From the IMG/VR virus record IMGVR_UViG_3300021420_000014: a DNA stretch of 64,000 bases; one strand, given 5' to 3'. The DNA comes from a virus. The translations under genes and the position numbers were made by a program. Numbering within the stretch: position 1 is the stretch's first letter; every line of letters begins with the position of its first letter. The notes beneath the pieces were generated by a model, which was not told the origin of the DNA, searched no databases, and worked only from the letters and a program-made list of their open reading frames with translations. Below, in pieces: positions 18,384-27,905 of the stretch.

Positions 18384-20174
18384 ATGTCAAGAGTTAAACC
18401 TGGAGTAAAATTTGTCGCAGTTGTTTTTGCAGTAGCAGTTCTCACACTCCTTCTCATCGAGGGCGAACACACAGGGATAATTCCTACGCCTGGCATCCTG
18501 AAGTCTGTCATTCCGCAGCGTGTCGTGTTACCCGACGTAAAAGATGCTCAGGTTCAGAATGTTGCACCAGCGCCGTTGCCATCGGACGGCTGCGCCAAGA
18601 TTCAGGCGACGCAAATTCGTGGCGAAGTGTGGGAATGGAACGCGCAAGCCGGTCTAATCTTCGCTAACGGCGGTGCTTGCACGACCGCTGGCTCGCTGAT
18701 GGCAAAGCATGGCGTGAATCTCGTGCTCACCCGCCAAGACAAGACCGATCAAATGCAGAACGATTTGATCGCCTGCGCCGATGAACTATATGGCGGGGCA
18801 ACGCAATGTACGAGCGGCGCTAACTTCGTCGTAATCATGGGCGGCGGCGTCGGACAGTTTGTGGCTGGTCCGGATTCCCTGCTTGCCAAGCACGGCCAGG
18901 AATATTCGCTAAAGATGATCGCAGGAATTGGCTTTTCGTATGGCGAGGATGGCTTGTTGGCTCCGCCAGAAATTAAGAGCAACCCGCAGGCGGCGCGTGG
19001 CCTGCTCTTTGCCGGCGTGATTCGCGACGACGATTGGAACATTGCGCAAAAATGGGCTGGCGACAATAGCGTTCCGACAAATCCGGATGAGAACACCTAC
19101 GATCCCGACGCGGTCAACTGGTTGAATGCGGAGGACTATATTAAAGCGACAGAGCTTTACAACGCCAATACATGCGTCGAACGCAAGGTAGTGAAAGATG
19201 GTCACCCGACCGGCCAGACAAAAAACGTCTGCGTAAGCGGAATCGTGACCTGGACCCCTGGCGACGTGAACGAAGCACACGGCAAGGGTGGACTGGTGAA
19301 GATCGTTTCAACAAAACAGTACATCATGCCCGCTGTTATCGTCGGCCCGAATGTTTTCTTCCAGCGGAATCGCGACGAGATTGAAAACATGCTTGCCGCG
19401 ACGTTTGAGGCAGGCGACCAAATGAAGGCTTTTGATCTGTCGCTGCACAAGGCGATGGCTATCTCGGCGAAGCTCTACAAAGATCAAGATGAATCCTATT
19501 GGTATAAATATTTCAAGGGGGCTCGCGAGCGCGATACCCAGGGCCAGATGATTGATCTTGGCGGCTCAAAGGTAAGCAACTTGGCAGATGCTTTGAACCT
19601 TGTTGGCCTCGTGCCAGGAACAAATGACGCGCTGCGTTCTGTCTACACCATCTTTCGGAATATCGATTTGCAGCAATACCCCGATCTATTCAAGAGCACG
19701 CCGATCCCCGAAGCGGCTGCGGTCGAAGACAAGTCTTTCATAACCGGCGCACAGGCCAAGATGGAAGATCCAGGTTCAACAGTCCAGCCTGTAAACTATT
19801 TTGCCGCTGCCGATGCGCCAGTCGTAAGCAAACGCTCTTACTCCATAAATTTCGACACTGGCCGCGCTACGTTCACGCCAGCGGGAGAGCAAACGATGCA
19901 AGACTTGCGTGATTCGCTTGCCGCGACGGCGCTATTTATCAAAGTTGACGGCTATACGGATGACACTGGAAGCGATCAAGTCAACTCAGCACTGTCGCAA
20001 GCTCGCGCGCAGGCTGTGAAGTCCTGGTTGCAAGCGAAGGCGCGAAATACGTTTCCTGATTCGCGATTCGCGGTTGCCGGACACGGTGCGCGTGATCCAG
20101 TAGCGTCGAATGCAACTGCAGAAGGCAAGGCGGCAAATCGGCGGGTTGAAATAACTCTTAGTGGAGGCAACTGA
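18384..20174 (+). CDS. ABC substrate-binding-like protein with C-terminal OmpA peptidoglycan-binding domain
   Basis: N-term anchor; GYTDDTGS..NSALSQARAQAV..NRRVEI. Confidence 0.85.
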   Translation: MSRVKPGVKFVAVVFAVAVLTLLLIEGEHTGIIPTPGILKSVIPQRVVLPDVKDAQVQNVAPAPLPSDGCAKIQATQIRGEVWEWNAQAGLIFANGGACTTAGSLMAKHGVNLVLTRQDKTDQMQNDLIACADELYGGATQCTSGANFVVIMGGGVGQFVAGPDSLLAKHGQEYSLKMIAGIGFSYGEDGLLAPPEIKSNPQAARGLLFAGVIRDDDWNIAQKWAGDNSVPTNPDENTYDPDAVNWLNAEDYIKATELYNANTCVERKVVKDGHPTGQTKNVCVSGIVTWTPGDVNEAHGKGGLVKIVSTKQYIMPAVIVGPNVFFQRNRDEIENMLAATFEAGDQMKAFDLSLHKAMAISAKLYKDQDESYWYKYFKGARERDTQGQMIDLGGSKVSNLADALNLVGLVPGTNDALRSVYTIFRNIDLQQYPDLFKSTPIPEAAAVEDKSFITGAQAKMEDPGSTVQPVNYFAAADAPVVSKRSYSINFDTGRATFTPAGEQTMQDLRDSLAATALFIKVDGYTDDTGSDQVNSALSQARAQAVKSWLQAKARNTFPDSRFAVAGHGARDPVASNATAEGKAANRRVEITLSGGN

Positions 20175-20395
20175 TGGACCGAATATTGGTGTGTCTTTGC
20201 GGTGAATGCGCGCATTGGGAAATCCTGCATAAGGCCGATGGCGCGCACGTGATGAAGTGCAAAACGTGTGCCGAAGAATATCCGATCACGATCCACATTC
20301 CAGTGCGCGACCGGCTCGCCTGGGTCGAAGCCAAGGATGTTAAGGATACACCGAACGTCCCGGGCTGGTCGGCCATATTGTTCAAGGCAAGATAA
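20174..20395 (+). CDS. small Zn-ribbon protein
   Basis: CLCGEC..CKTC. Confidence 0.5.
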   Translation: MDRILVCLCGECAHWEILHKADGAHVMKCKTCAEEYPITIHIPVRDRLAWVEAKDVKDTPNVPGWSAILFKAR

Positions 20396-20439
20396 AATCA
20401 AACAGAATTGGATCAGTTGCGCCAGGTAACGGAAGCTAA

Positions 20440-20682
20440 GTGAAAAAACGCATTTTATTCACGTTAACGGGCTACGCGATGTACGTCATCGGTTGTTTGC
20501 CAATAAGTTTGTCGCTAGGGCGCATCTGCATTCCTGCCGATGGCGGGCAGCCCGATGTTTGGTGCCTAGTGTTTATGGGAGCCCTAGTGTTTTTCGCTCT
20601 GCTGTTTATTCGCAGAGCGCTGCGAGAGTGCGAACGCGTTGGAAAATGGCTGTGGATCAAGATTATTCCGGCGTGGGCTTGA
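20440..20682 (+). CDS. small membrane protein
   Basis: two hydrophobic segments. Confidence 0.45.
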   Translation: MKKRILFTLTGYAMYVIGCLPISLSLGRICIPADGGQPDVWCLVFMGALVFFALLFIRRALRECERVGKWLWIKIIPAWA

Positions 20683-20686
20683 TGCA

Positions 20687-21472
20687 ATGAACGGCGAGGC
20701 CAGAGCACTCTTTACCCCTAATCGAGCGTTATCGCCGAATACGGTGCGCACGCTCGTATTCGGGCAACTTTTGTTTGTGCTAATTCTCTGGTTTTTCTCT
20801 CCGTTCGTTTATCTGCCGAAACCTGGAGAAACGGTTGCTTCATTCATCGATCTATGGAAGGCAGGACTCGGCGCGGAGCTACTCACCAGCCTCGGATTGA
20901 ACATTCAGGCACTTGCCCTGGCCACGGTAATTTCCTTGGCATTCGCGTACTCCTCGCGGCTGCCCTTCATGCGGCCAATCGTGATGCTTGTAGGAAAGCT
21001 GCGTTTTCTTTCGATGGCCGGCCTTGCATTCTTGTTTACCCTCGTAGCTTCGACTGGCCACGAACTGAAGCTGTACCTGTTAGCGTTTTCTATCACCGTA
21101 TTTTTTGTGACCACCATGACCGATGTAGTTGCCAACATTCCACAGGAGCAGTACGACCTCGCGCATACCCTGGGGATGAATGAATGGCGAACCTTGCTAG
21201 AAGTTGTCATCTTCGGCCAAGCGGATCAGGCTTTCATTGCGCTGCGCTCAAACGCTGCGATCGGCTGGATGGTGATTACGATGATTGAAGGGATGGCTAG
21301 GTCCGGCGGCGTCGGTACCGTCTTATTGGACCAGAATAGGCACTTCCACCTAGCAGCCGTTTTTGCAATCCAGCTTACTATTTTGGTTTTGGGCTTAGGC
21401 CAAGATTACCTAATCGGATGGCTACGCATTCAATTTTGTCCATATGCTGATTTAGCACTGGAGAGGAAATGA
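20687..21472 (+). CDS. ABC transporter permease (NitT/TauT-like)
   Basis: multiple TMs, EAA-like loop YDLAHTLGM. Confidence 0.85.
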   Translation: MNGEARALFTPNRALSPNTVRTLVFGQLLFVLILWFFSPFVYLPKPGETVASFIDLWKAGLGAELLTSLGLNIQALALATVISLAFAYSSRLPFMRPIVMLVGKLRFLSMAGLAFLFTLVASTGHELKLYLLAFSITVFFVTTMTDVVANIPQEQYDLAHTLGMNEWRTLLEVVIFGQADQAFIALRSNAAIGWMVITMIEGMARSGGVGTVLLDQNRHFHLAAVFAIQLTILVLGLGQDYLIGWLRIQFCPYADLALERK

Positions 21473-21660
21473 CAAAGCCGGCCTGTTTTCTTGGCATTTT
21501 CATTCTCCTTGTAGCTCTGATTTTATTCGTAGTATCCGTCAAATTTGTCGTGGTCATGAGCTTCCGGACATTCCTAGATATTGTCGGCGTGCTTTGTCTG
21601 ATAGTTTGTTGTGCGGCTGTGTTCTACATCTTCAAATGGAAACGGACGGACCTACAATGA
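21469..21660 (+). CDS. small membrane protein
   Basis: two TM helices, coupled. Confidence 0.5.
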   Translation: MTKPACFLGIFILLVALILFVVSVKFVVVMSFRTFLDIVGVLCLIVCCAAVFYIFKWKRTDLQ

Positions 21661-21792
21661 ACAGCAAAACGACTCAGGCAGTTGATCGTGGCTTGCTAAA
21701 AATAGAAAAGGAATTCGAGAGACTCAAGAAGTTATTGCCAACGTGCGAGAAGATATCCGGAAGCACTACGCCAAGAAGGTAAAAGAATAACT

Positions 21793-21996
21793 ATGGCGGA
21801 ACCAATCGGAGAGACTAAACCGGTTACCGAACCGCTCGGCTTGCGGCCTTTGGTGATTGTCGGATGGGATGACCAGAATAGGCTCCATGCTTGGGCTTCA
21901 GAGCTGTGCGCTCAACAAATCACGACAAGATTGCGGCGTGAGATTCTGAGCGCGGCGGAAGATATCATGCGGGACCTGCAACGTCCCCGCGGGTGA
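21793..21996 (+). CDS. hypothetical protein
   Basis: ORF in operon. Confidence 0.45.
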   Translation: MAEPIGETKPVTEPLGLRPLVIVGWDDQNRLHAWASELCAQQITTRLRREILSAAEDIMRDLQRPRG

Positions 21997-21999
21997 CCA

Positions 22000-22815
22000 T
22001 TGATCGATCATCATGATGGCAAAACGCTTTTGACAATCGATCATGTCTCGCTTTCCTATGGTGACAAGATCATTCTGCGCGACGTGAATGCCGAAGTCCG
22101 TGAGATCTTGCGCAATGAGTCCAAGGGCCAGGTCGTCGGTTTTCTCGGTCCAAGCGGTATGGGTAAAACGCAACTCTTCCGCATCATGGCTGGCCTGAAC
22201 AGGCCAACAACTGGCAATGTCCATCTGAACGGAAACGTGAACTGGCCAGTGCACGCAGGAGAAGTGGGAGTCGTCGCACAGGATTATCCTCTGTTCAATC
22301 ATCGAACCGTATGGTCGAACCTGATAATCGCGGCCAAAAGAAAAAGCAATGGCGACGCCGCGGCATGCGTCGAAGGCTATCTCAACGATTTCGAGTTATA
22401 TGACAAACGGCACCAATACCCGATGCAACTCTCTGGCGGTCAAAGGCAGCGTCTGGCGATCATTCAGCAAATTCTCTGCAGTTCCCATTTTCTGTTGATG
22501 GATGAACCATTCTCTGGTCTTGACATGGTGATGCTCGAACGCACCGCCGCACTGATTCAAAAGATTGCCAACTTGGATTCGCTGAATACCGTGATTGTCG
22601 TGAGTCACGATGTCACAACCGTTTGCAGCGTTTCCGACCACGTCTGGCTTCTTGGCCGTGAACGCGATACGGAAGGCAATGTCATTCCAGGCGCGCGCAT
22701 TGTCGAGACTTACGATCTTGTCGACCGCGGCCTATGCTGGCAACCAGGGATCATCACGCAACCTCAATTTCTTTCGTTTGTGGCAGAAGTAAAAAATAGA
22801 TTCAGAACTCTATGA
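22000..22815 (+). CDS. ABC transporter ATP-binding protein
   Basis: GPSGMGKT, LSGGQRQR, LMDEPFSGLD, SHD. Confidence 0.93.
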   Translation: MIDHHDGKTLLTIDHVSLSYGDKIILRDVNAEVREILRNESKGQVVGFLGPSGMGKTQLFRIMAGLNRPTTGNVHLNGNVNWPVHAGEVGVVAQDYPLFNHRTVWSNLIIAAKRKSNGDAAACVEGYLNDFELYDKRHQYPMQLSGGQRQRLAIIQQILCSSHFLLMDEPFSGLDMVMLERTAALIQKIANLDSLNTVIVVSHDVTTVCSVSDHVWLLGRERDTEGNVIPGARIVETYDLVDRGLCWQPGIITQPQFLSFVAEVKNRFRTL

Positions 22816-22844
22816 CCTAAACTTCACATGAGAGGAGAACTACC

Positions 22845-23795
22845 ATCGGATCAGGACGTTGGGACTCAAGCACGTATAACAGCAGCAGAGCACATCGTGT
22901 GAGGACTGGCACGCCAGACTTTGCTTACACGCAAGAGGCACAACACACCCAAAAGATTCACCCTAACCTCGATCCTCTGCGGATCAATCGAAAGCCGGCC
23001 GGCATTCTTGAAAGCCGCGATAGCGCGGAGCATCCGGAATCGAACGCCGTCATGGTCTGCTTTGACGTGACAGGCTCCAACTATGAAAACGCGGTGGCCG
23101 CACAGAAAAAACTGCCAACACTCATGGAACTCGTTCACAGATATCTCAGCGACCCACAGGTAGCTGTGGCTGCTAACGATGATTTCAATTCTGTAGGCCA
23201 CAACTGCATTCAGATTTCCGACTACGAAAGCGATATCCGTATTGATGAGCACATTCGCAACATTTGGCTTGTCAGACAAGGTGGCGGCAATTACGGCGAG
23301 TCCTACGACCTCTTGATGTATGCGGCTTCTAGGAAGACTGCGCTCGACTGTTTTGAGCGTCGTCACCGCAAGGGATACTTCTTCATGTACGCAGACGAGC
23401 CAATCTTCGATCACGTCAGCGTTCCTCAGGTGCTCGATGTTTTCGGCGATACGATCACAGCGGACATTCCCATCGAAACAATCATCGATGACTTGAGGCA
23501 GCTGTACTATCCATTCGTCTTTTGGCCGGCGAATAGTCCGTACACAGGATCCCGCGACCAGTATGTCAGATTGTTCGGCGAGGAATCGGTCTTCACGCTA
23601 CAGCATCCGGATCAGATTTGCGAACTGATCGGAGCCATCGTCGGACTCAACGAAGACCGCGTGACTCAGGACGGCCTCGAGGCTGATCTGACTGCGGTCG
23701 GGGTAGGCGGTCCGGACTTGGCCGGAATCGCTGCATCGGTCCGAACCTTCCGGCGCAGGATCACTCTGCCGCCAAGATCGGCGACCAGTTCGTAA
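22845..23795 (+). CDS. vWA-domain protein, probably with ATC start codon
   Basis: DVTGS MIDAS-like motif, GGGNYGESY, ADE; GAGGAG RBS precedes in-frame ATC. Confidence 0.75.
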   Translation: MGSGRWDSSTYNSSRAHRVRTGTPDFAYTQEAQHTQKIHPNLDPLRINRKPAGILESRDSAEHPESNAVMVCFDVTGSNYENAVAAQKKLPTLMELVHRYLSDPQVAVAANDDFNSVGHNCIQISDYESDIRIDEHIRNIWLVRQGGGNYGESYDLLMYAASRKTALDCFERRHRKGYFFMYADEPIFDHVSVPQVLDVFGDTITADIPIETIIDDLRQLYYPFVFWPANSPYTGSRDQYVRLFGEESVFTLQHPDQICELIGAIVGLNEDRVTQDGLEADLTAVGVGGPDLAGIAASVRTFRRRITLPPRSATSS

Positions 23796-23810
23796 AGGTT
23801 GGTAAAAACC

Positions 23811-24068
23811 ATGAAGTGCTCGCAGTGCGGCAGGCAGGTCGAATCTGAAGTGGCGGCTGCGTTTGTCGTAACGGACGAAGATCAGCCACAGAGAGATGAA
23901 CCATTCGTGCCAATCCCGCTTTTACATGGGAAGCCTGTCTGCCGCGTCTGCGCTCACAACGCCTCGCATATCTGGCCGTTAGAAGAAAATCACATTCCGT
24001 GTCCGGTGATGGACGAAGACGGCAACGTCATTCCGTACGGAACTTATCCCAACATCGACTGGTCGTAG
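23811..24068 (+). CDS. Zn-binding hypothetical protein
   Basis: CSQC..CRVC. Confidence 0.5.
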   Translation: MKCSQCGRQVESEVAAAFVVTDEDQPQRDEPFVPIPLLHGKPVCRVCAHNASHIWPLEENHIPCPVMDEDGNVIPYGTYPNIDWS

Positions 24069-24072
24069 CAAG

Positions 24073-24345
24073 ATGGTTGAACACACCTTTGCCGAGGGAA
24101 TTGCATTTTTGAACGACGGCCACTATATCGATTACGACGTGAGTATTGATCGCCACCACGGTGCGCTCATGACACGCGAAACCTGGCTTGATCATGTACA
24201 GCACGCCTTTTTTATTGATTATGACGGCATGGGCAGCCAGATCAGTGCAGATGGCCGACTCCTCGCAAATGACAAGTGGATATATCCATCGACGGCCAAT
24301 TCTATTTTGCCGGAGACAGCCTACATCCTTTGGTACAACCGATGA
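24073..24345 (+). CDS. hypothetical phage protein
   Basis: FIDYDGMG...WYNR* pattern. Confidence 0.6.
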   Translation: MVEHTFAEGIAFLNDGHYIDYDVSIDRHHGALMTRETWLDHVQHAFFIDYDGMGSQISADGRLLANDKWIYPSTANSILPETAYILWYNR

Positions 24346-24611
24346 AAAAACTGAATGATATGTTTCATATCGAAGGCGAGCAGCTCATCAAGACTTCCAA
24401 CGGCGAACCAGTTCCCGAAGATGAGCCGGTGTTTGTGTTGCGCGCACGTGACGCCGCGGCACTCCCTACACTTCAGGACTATGTAAAACATTGCATCGAG
24501 TTAGGGACGCCATCCGATAGATTCTTCGATCTTGGTGGCGTTGTAGCGGAGTTTGTAAAATACGCACGTGCCCATCCGACCAAAGTTCCAGGCTCGAGTC
24601 ACGGCAAATGA
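24342..24611 (+). CDS. hypothetical protein (paralog of 23 and 2499)
   Basis: VPEDEPVFVLRARD. Confidence 0.65.
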   Translation: MKKLNDMFHIEGEQLIKTSNGEPVPEDEPVFVLRARDAAALPTLQDYVKHCIELGTPSDRFFDLGGVVAEFVKYARAHPTKVPGSSHGK

Positions 24612-24808
24612 CAGACGAACAAAAGGCCGCGTACGTCAATGCACAAGCTGCGCTATTGAACGCACGCATCGCAAAAATGCGAGCGGCTAACACAGAAGCC
24701 AAGCTTGGGCGCAGGGCACCCGTTTACAAGGATTCAGACTTTCAGGCATTGCTCGATGAATTCAGCCACCTAAACCACAACTACCTGATCAGTTTTTTCC
24801 ATCCATGA
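24608..24808 (+). CDS. hypothetical protein
   Basis: coupled ORF. Confidence 0.55.
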   Translation: MTDEQKAAYVNAQAALLNARIAKMRAANTEAKLGRRAPVYKDSDFQALLDEFSHLNHNYLISFFHP

Positions 24809-25917
24809 TCAAGGTAATGCCTACTGCATTTTTAGTTCAGGGCCTTGCGTACGGAGATGAAGGCAAGGGCCAAACTGTGGATTATGTTGTTAGGACTCGC
24901 TCTTGCAAAACAGTTGTACGATTTTGCGGCGGGCCGCAATGCGGTCACAACGTCGTCACACCCGAGGGCCGCCATCACACGTTCTCGCAGTTTGGCAGCG
25001 GTTCTTTTGTCCCTGGCGTTCGCACGCACCTGTCGCGATTTATGCTCGTCAATCCTTTGAACATGATGTTTGAAGCTACGGATTTGTCGGCCGATATTTG
25101 GGAACGCACTACGGTCGATGCCAAATGCGTAATCGTGACTCCGTTTCATCGCGCCGTGAATCGCATCCTGCGCCACGGCCGGCACGATACGTGTGGAATG
25201 GGCGTTGGCCAGGCTCGCTATGACCATTTAACAGAGGGGAACAAAGTGTTGTTTGCCGGCGATCTTCGCGACAAGCAAGCGACAAAAGAGAAACTTGGGT
25301 TTCTTCAGAATCTTGCAAGGCATCGGGTTAGCAAACGCGGCCTGATTGCCAAGATGATTTGTCCTGATGAATTCGCAGAGATCTATGATCCAGGCGCGGT
25401 CGATATGTACGCCGAGGAATATGCGAAATGGCCAGCAAAAGTTATCGATAAGTTCAAACTTGATCCTAAAGAGAATGTCGTATTCGAAGGTGCCCAAGGT
25501 GTCCTTCTCGATGAAGTACACGGAGACGTGGGATATAACACGTGGACCTGTACGACATTCGATAATGCCTTGACTCTTCTTGAAGAAAATAAATGGGCTG
25601 GTCGCGTCAAGAAAATAGGAGTCATTCGCACGTATCTCACGCGGCACGGTGATGGACCGTTCCGGACAGAAGATCCAGCCTTGAATTTCAAGGAACCGCA
25701 CAATTGCGATTGCGGCTTCCCAGGTAAATTCAGGATCGGGCATTTTGACTTGAGGCTAATTCTTCATTCGATTCGTCTTTGTGGAGGCGTAGACGGAATC
25801 GCCCTGAACCATTGCGACTATGCCGGCTCACTCAAGCCGCTCGATGATGAGATTCGAAAACAAGTGATCATCCTCGGGCACGGCCCAACTGCTAATGATC
25901 GGGAGTGGATATTATGA
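24805..25917 (+). CDS. purA: divergent adenylosuccinate synthetase-like protein
   Basis: GDEGKG, GGPQCGHNV, FEGAQGVLLD, YLTRHGDGP. Confidence 0.82.
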   Translation: MIKVMPTAFLVQGLAYGDEGKGQTVDYVVRTRSCKTVVRFCGGPQCGHNVVTPEGRHHTFSQFGSGSFVPGVRTHLSRFMLVNPLNMMFEATDLSADIWERTTVDAKCVIVTPFHRAVNRILRHGRHDTCGMGVGQARYDHLTEGNKVLFAGDLRDKQATKEKLGFLQNLARHRVSKRGLIAKMICPDEFAEIYDPGAVDMYAEEYAKWPAKVIDKFKLDPKENVVFEGAQGVLLDEVHGDVGYNTWTCTTFDNALTLLEENKWAGRVKKIGVIRTYLTRHGDGPFRTEDPALNFKEPHNCDCGFPGKFRIGHFDLRLILHSIRLCGGVDGIALNHCDYAGSLKPLDDEIRKQVIILGHGPTANDREWIL

Positions 25918-26132
25918 TTGATCCAATCTCTATGAAACAATTCGACGCGGTCGAGCCAGTCAAAGCTGGTAGCCACAAACATCCGCTTCCACTAACCCAG
26001 GAACAACTTGAGTGCTTGCACGTTTGGGAAGGAAACTTTTCTATCTCACATGGAAGTGTGGCCGGCAGTGGCCATTGCATACAATGCAAAGTCGATATTC
26101 ACGACGCAGCGAGACTCTGGTATCGAAGATGA
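25905..26132 (+). CDS. small hypothetical protein
   Basis: CLHVW..CIQC. Confidence 0.4.
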   Translation: MDIMIDPISMKQFDAVEPVKAGSHKHPLPLTQEQLECLHVWEGNFSISHGSVAGSGHCIQCKVDIHDAARLWYRR

Positions 26133-26216
26133 TTGTCCGGCGCGGCCAATTAGCAAAACTTCAGGACATCAGTCCCTTACCGTGGACGCCGCCTCATTAC
26201 CCTCGAATAATTTCGC

Positions 26217-26246
26217 TTGACAAGATTATAGATAAACGCTTACTCT
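26217..26246 (+). promoter_or_regulatory. sigma70-like promoter of the Ro60 gene with operator TAAACGCTTA
   Basis: TTGACA 26217-26222, motif 26233-26242. Confidence 0.7.
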
Positions 26247-26273
26247 GGCACCTCGCCTTGGAAGGAGAAATCC

Positions 26274-27905
26274 ATGGATTATTTGGCTAAAGCTGCGGCT
26301 GAAGTTGCGAGCCCACCGCAATCCAAGCCTCTCAACGAGAGGCAGGTTCCGAACAGTGCCGGCGGCTATTCGTTTGCCGTCGACGATTGGAAAAGGCTTG
26401 ATCGTTTTTTGATTTTGGGAAGCTCTTCGGGGTCGTATTACGCCTCCGAACAGAAGCTTACGGTCGAGAACATCGAAGCCGTGAAACGCTGCGTTGCGGC
26501 TGATGGATTGCGCGCCGTCGCTCGCATCGTTGAGATTAGCGATGCCGGCCGTGCGCCGAAAAACGATCCGGCTCTTTTGGCCCTGGCTTATGCCGCTGCC
26601 AAAGGTGATGACAAGACTCGTTCCGCTGCGTTGCTGGCACTGCCAGACGTTGCGCGCATTGGCACGCACTTGTTCCACTTCGTTACCTATGTCCGTAATT
26701 TCCGTGGATGGGGCCGTGGCCTGCGCCGTGCTATTGAAAACTGGTACACGATGAAGACTCCGGAGCAGGTTGCCGATCAGGTGACCAAGTATCAGCAGCG
26801 AGATGGTTGGTCGCATCGCGATCTGATGCGCTTGGATCACATCAAATTCACTGGACCTTATCAGGCCATCGCAAAGTGGGTGGTCAAAGGTGAAGTGAGC
26901 GAGGGCATCGCCAAGCGCATTGAAGGCCACGTGAAACTTCAGGCGACGAAGAATGCCAAGGAAGCCGCCACGCTGATTCGCGAGTACGGACTTGTGCGTG
27001 AGAGCGTGCCAACCGAGCTGCTCACTGAAGCAGACGTGTGGGAAGCTTTGCTCGAAAAGATGCCGATGACGGCGATGATTCGCAATCTTGGCAACATGAG
27101 CAAGGTCGGTTTGCTCAAACCGCTTTCCGATGCGGCGAAAGCGATCAACGAACGGCTTGGCAATACCGAAGCGATCCGCAAGGCTCGCGTGCATCCGATT
27201 CAGATTCTCATTGCGGCCAAGACCTATGAGGCTGGCCACGGATTGCGCGGCTCTGGCGAATGGACTCCCGTTGCGAAAGTTGTCGACGCCCTGGACGGTG
27301 CATTTTATCTCGCCTTCCAGAACGTTGAGCCAACAGGCCAGCGATTCTATCTCGGCCTGGATATCTCCGGCTCTATGTGGAGTGGAGAAGTTGCCGGCAT
27401 TCCTGATTTCACGCCAGCAATCGCATCGGGTGCTATGGCTATGGTCACAGTCAAGAGTGAAGAGAACTGCTATGCAGCAGGATTCACCTGCACGTCCAGC
27501 GGACGCTACGGCGGACGTTTCGATGATGGTAGGACAGCAATGACGCCGATTGTTTTATCGCCTAAGCAGCGTCTCGATGACGTGCTCAGGAGTATGAAGG
27601 AGCTTGCGAAACGCATGGGTGGCACAGATTGTGCATTGCCGATGCTCGATGCTCTCGAAAAGAAACTGACGGTCGACACGTTTGTAATCTACACTGATTC
27701 GGAAACTTGGCATGGGAATATCCATCCAACGAAGGCAATCGAGATGTATCGACAGAAGATGAGTATTCCGGCAAAGCTTGTGGTTTGCGGAATGGTAAGC
27801 AACTCGTTTACCATCGCAGATCCGAACGATGCAGGAATGTTGGACGTTTGTGGGTTTGATACTGCAACCCCGCAGGTAATCTCACAGTTTGCAGCCGAAT
27901 TGTAA
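26274..27905 (+). CDS. rsr: Ro60/TROVE RNA-binding protein
   Basis: QVPNSAGGY, RLDRFLILGS, KYQQRDGWSHRD, DISGSM, GGTDCALPM, TDSET, GMLDVCGFD. Confidence 0.96.
   Translation: MDYLAKAAAEVASPPQSKPLNERQVPNSAGGYSFAVDDWKRLDRFLILGSSSGSYYASEQKLTVENIEAVKRCVAADGLRAVARIVEISDAGRAPKNDPALLALAYAAAKGDDKTRSAALLALPDVARIGTHLFHFVTYVRNFRGWGRGLRRAIENWYTMKTPEQVADQVTKYQQRDGWSHRDLMRLDHIKFTGPYQAIAKWVVKGEVSEGIAKRIEGHVKLQATKNAKEAATLIREYGLVRESVPTELLTEADVWEALLEKMPMTAMIRNLGNMSKVGLLKPLSDAAKAINERLGNTEAIRKARVHPIQILIAAKTYEAGHGLRGSGEWTPVAKVVDALDGAFYLAFQNVEPTGQRFYLGLDISGSMWSGEVAGIPDFTPAIASGAMAMVTVKSEENCYAAGFTCTSSGRYGGRFDDGRTAMTPIVLSPKQRLDDVLRSMKELAKRMGGTDCALPMLDALEKKLTVDTFVIYTDSETWHGNIHPTKAIEMYRQKMSIPAKLVVCGMVSNSFTIADPNDAGMLDVCGFDTATPQVISQFAAEL

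Noticed and set aside
24805-25917. PurZ (2-aminoadenine DNA pathway)
   Set aside because: Keeps the PurA Asp in GDEGKG (PurZ typically has Ser); no DatZ/MazZ seen in the window
26226-27239. Long minus-strand ORFs (also 40921-41772, 42953-43600)
   Set aside because: Antisense shadows of Ro60, MCP and glycosyltransferase genes
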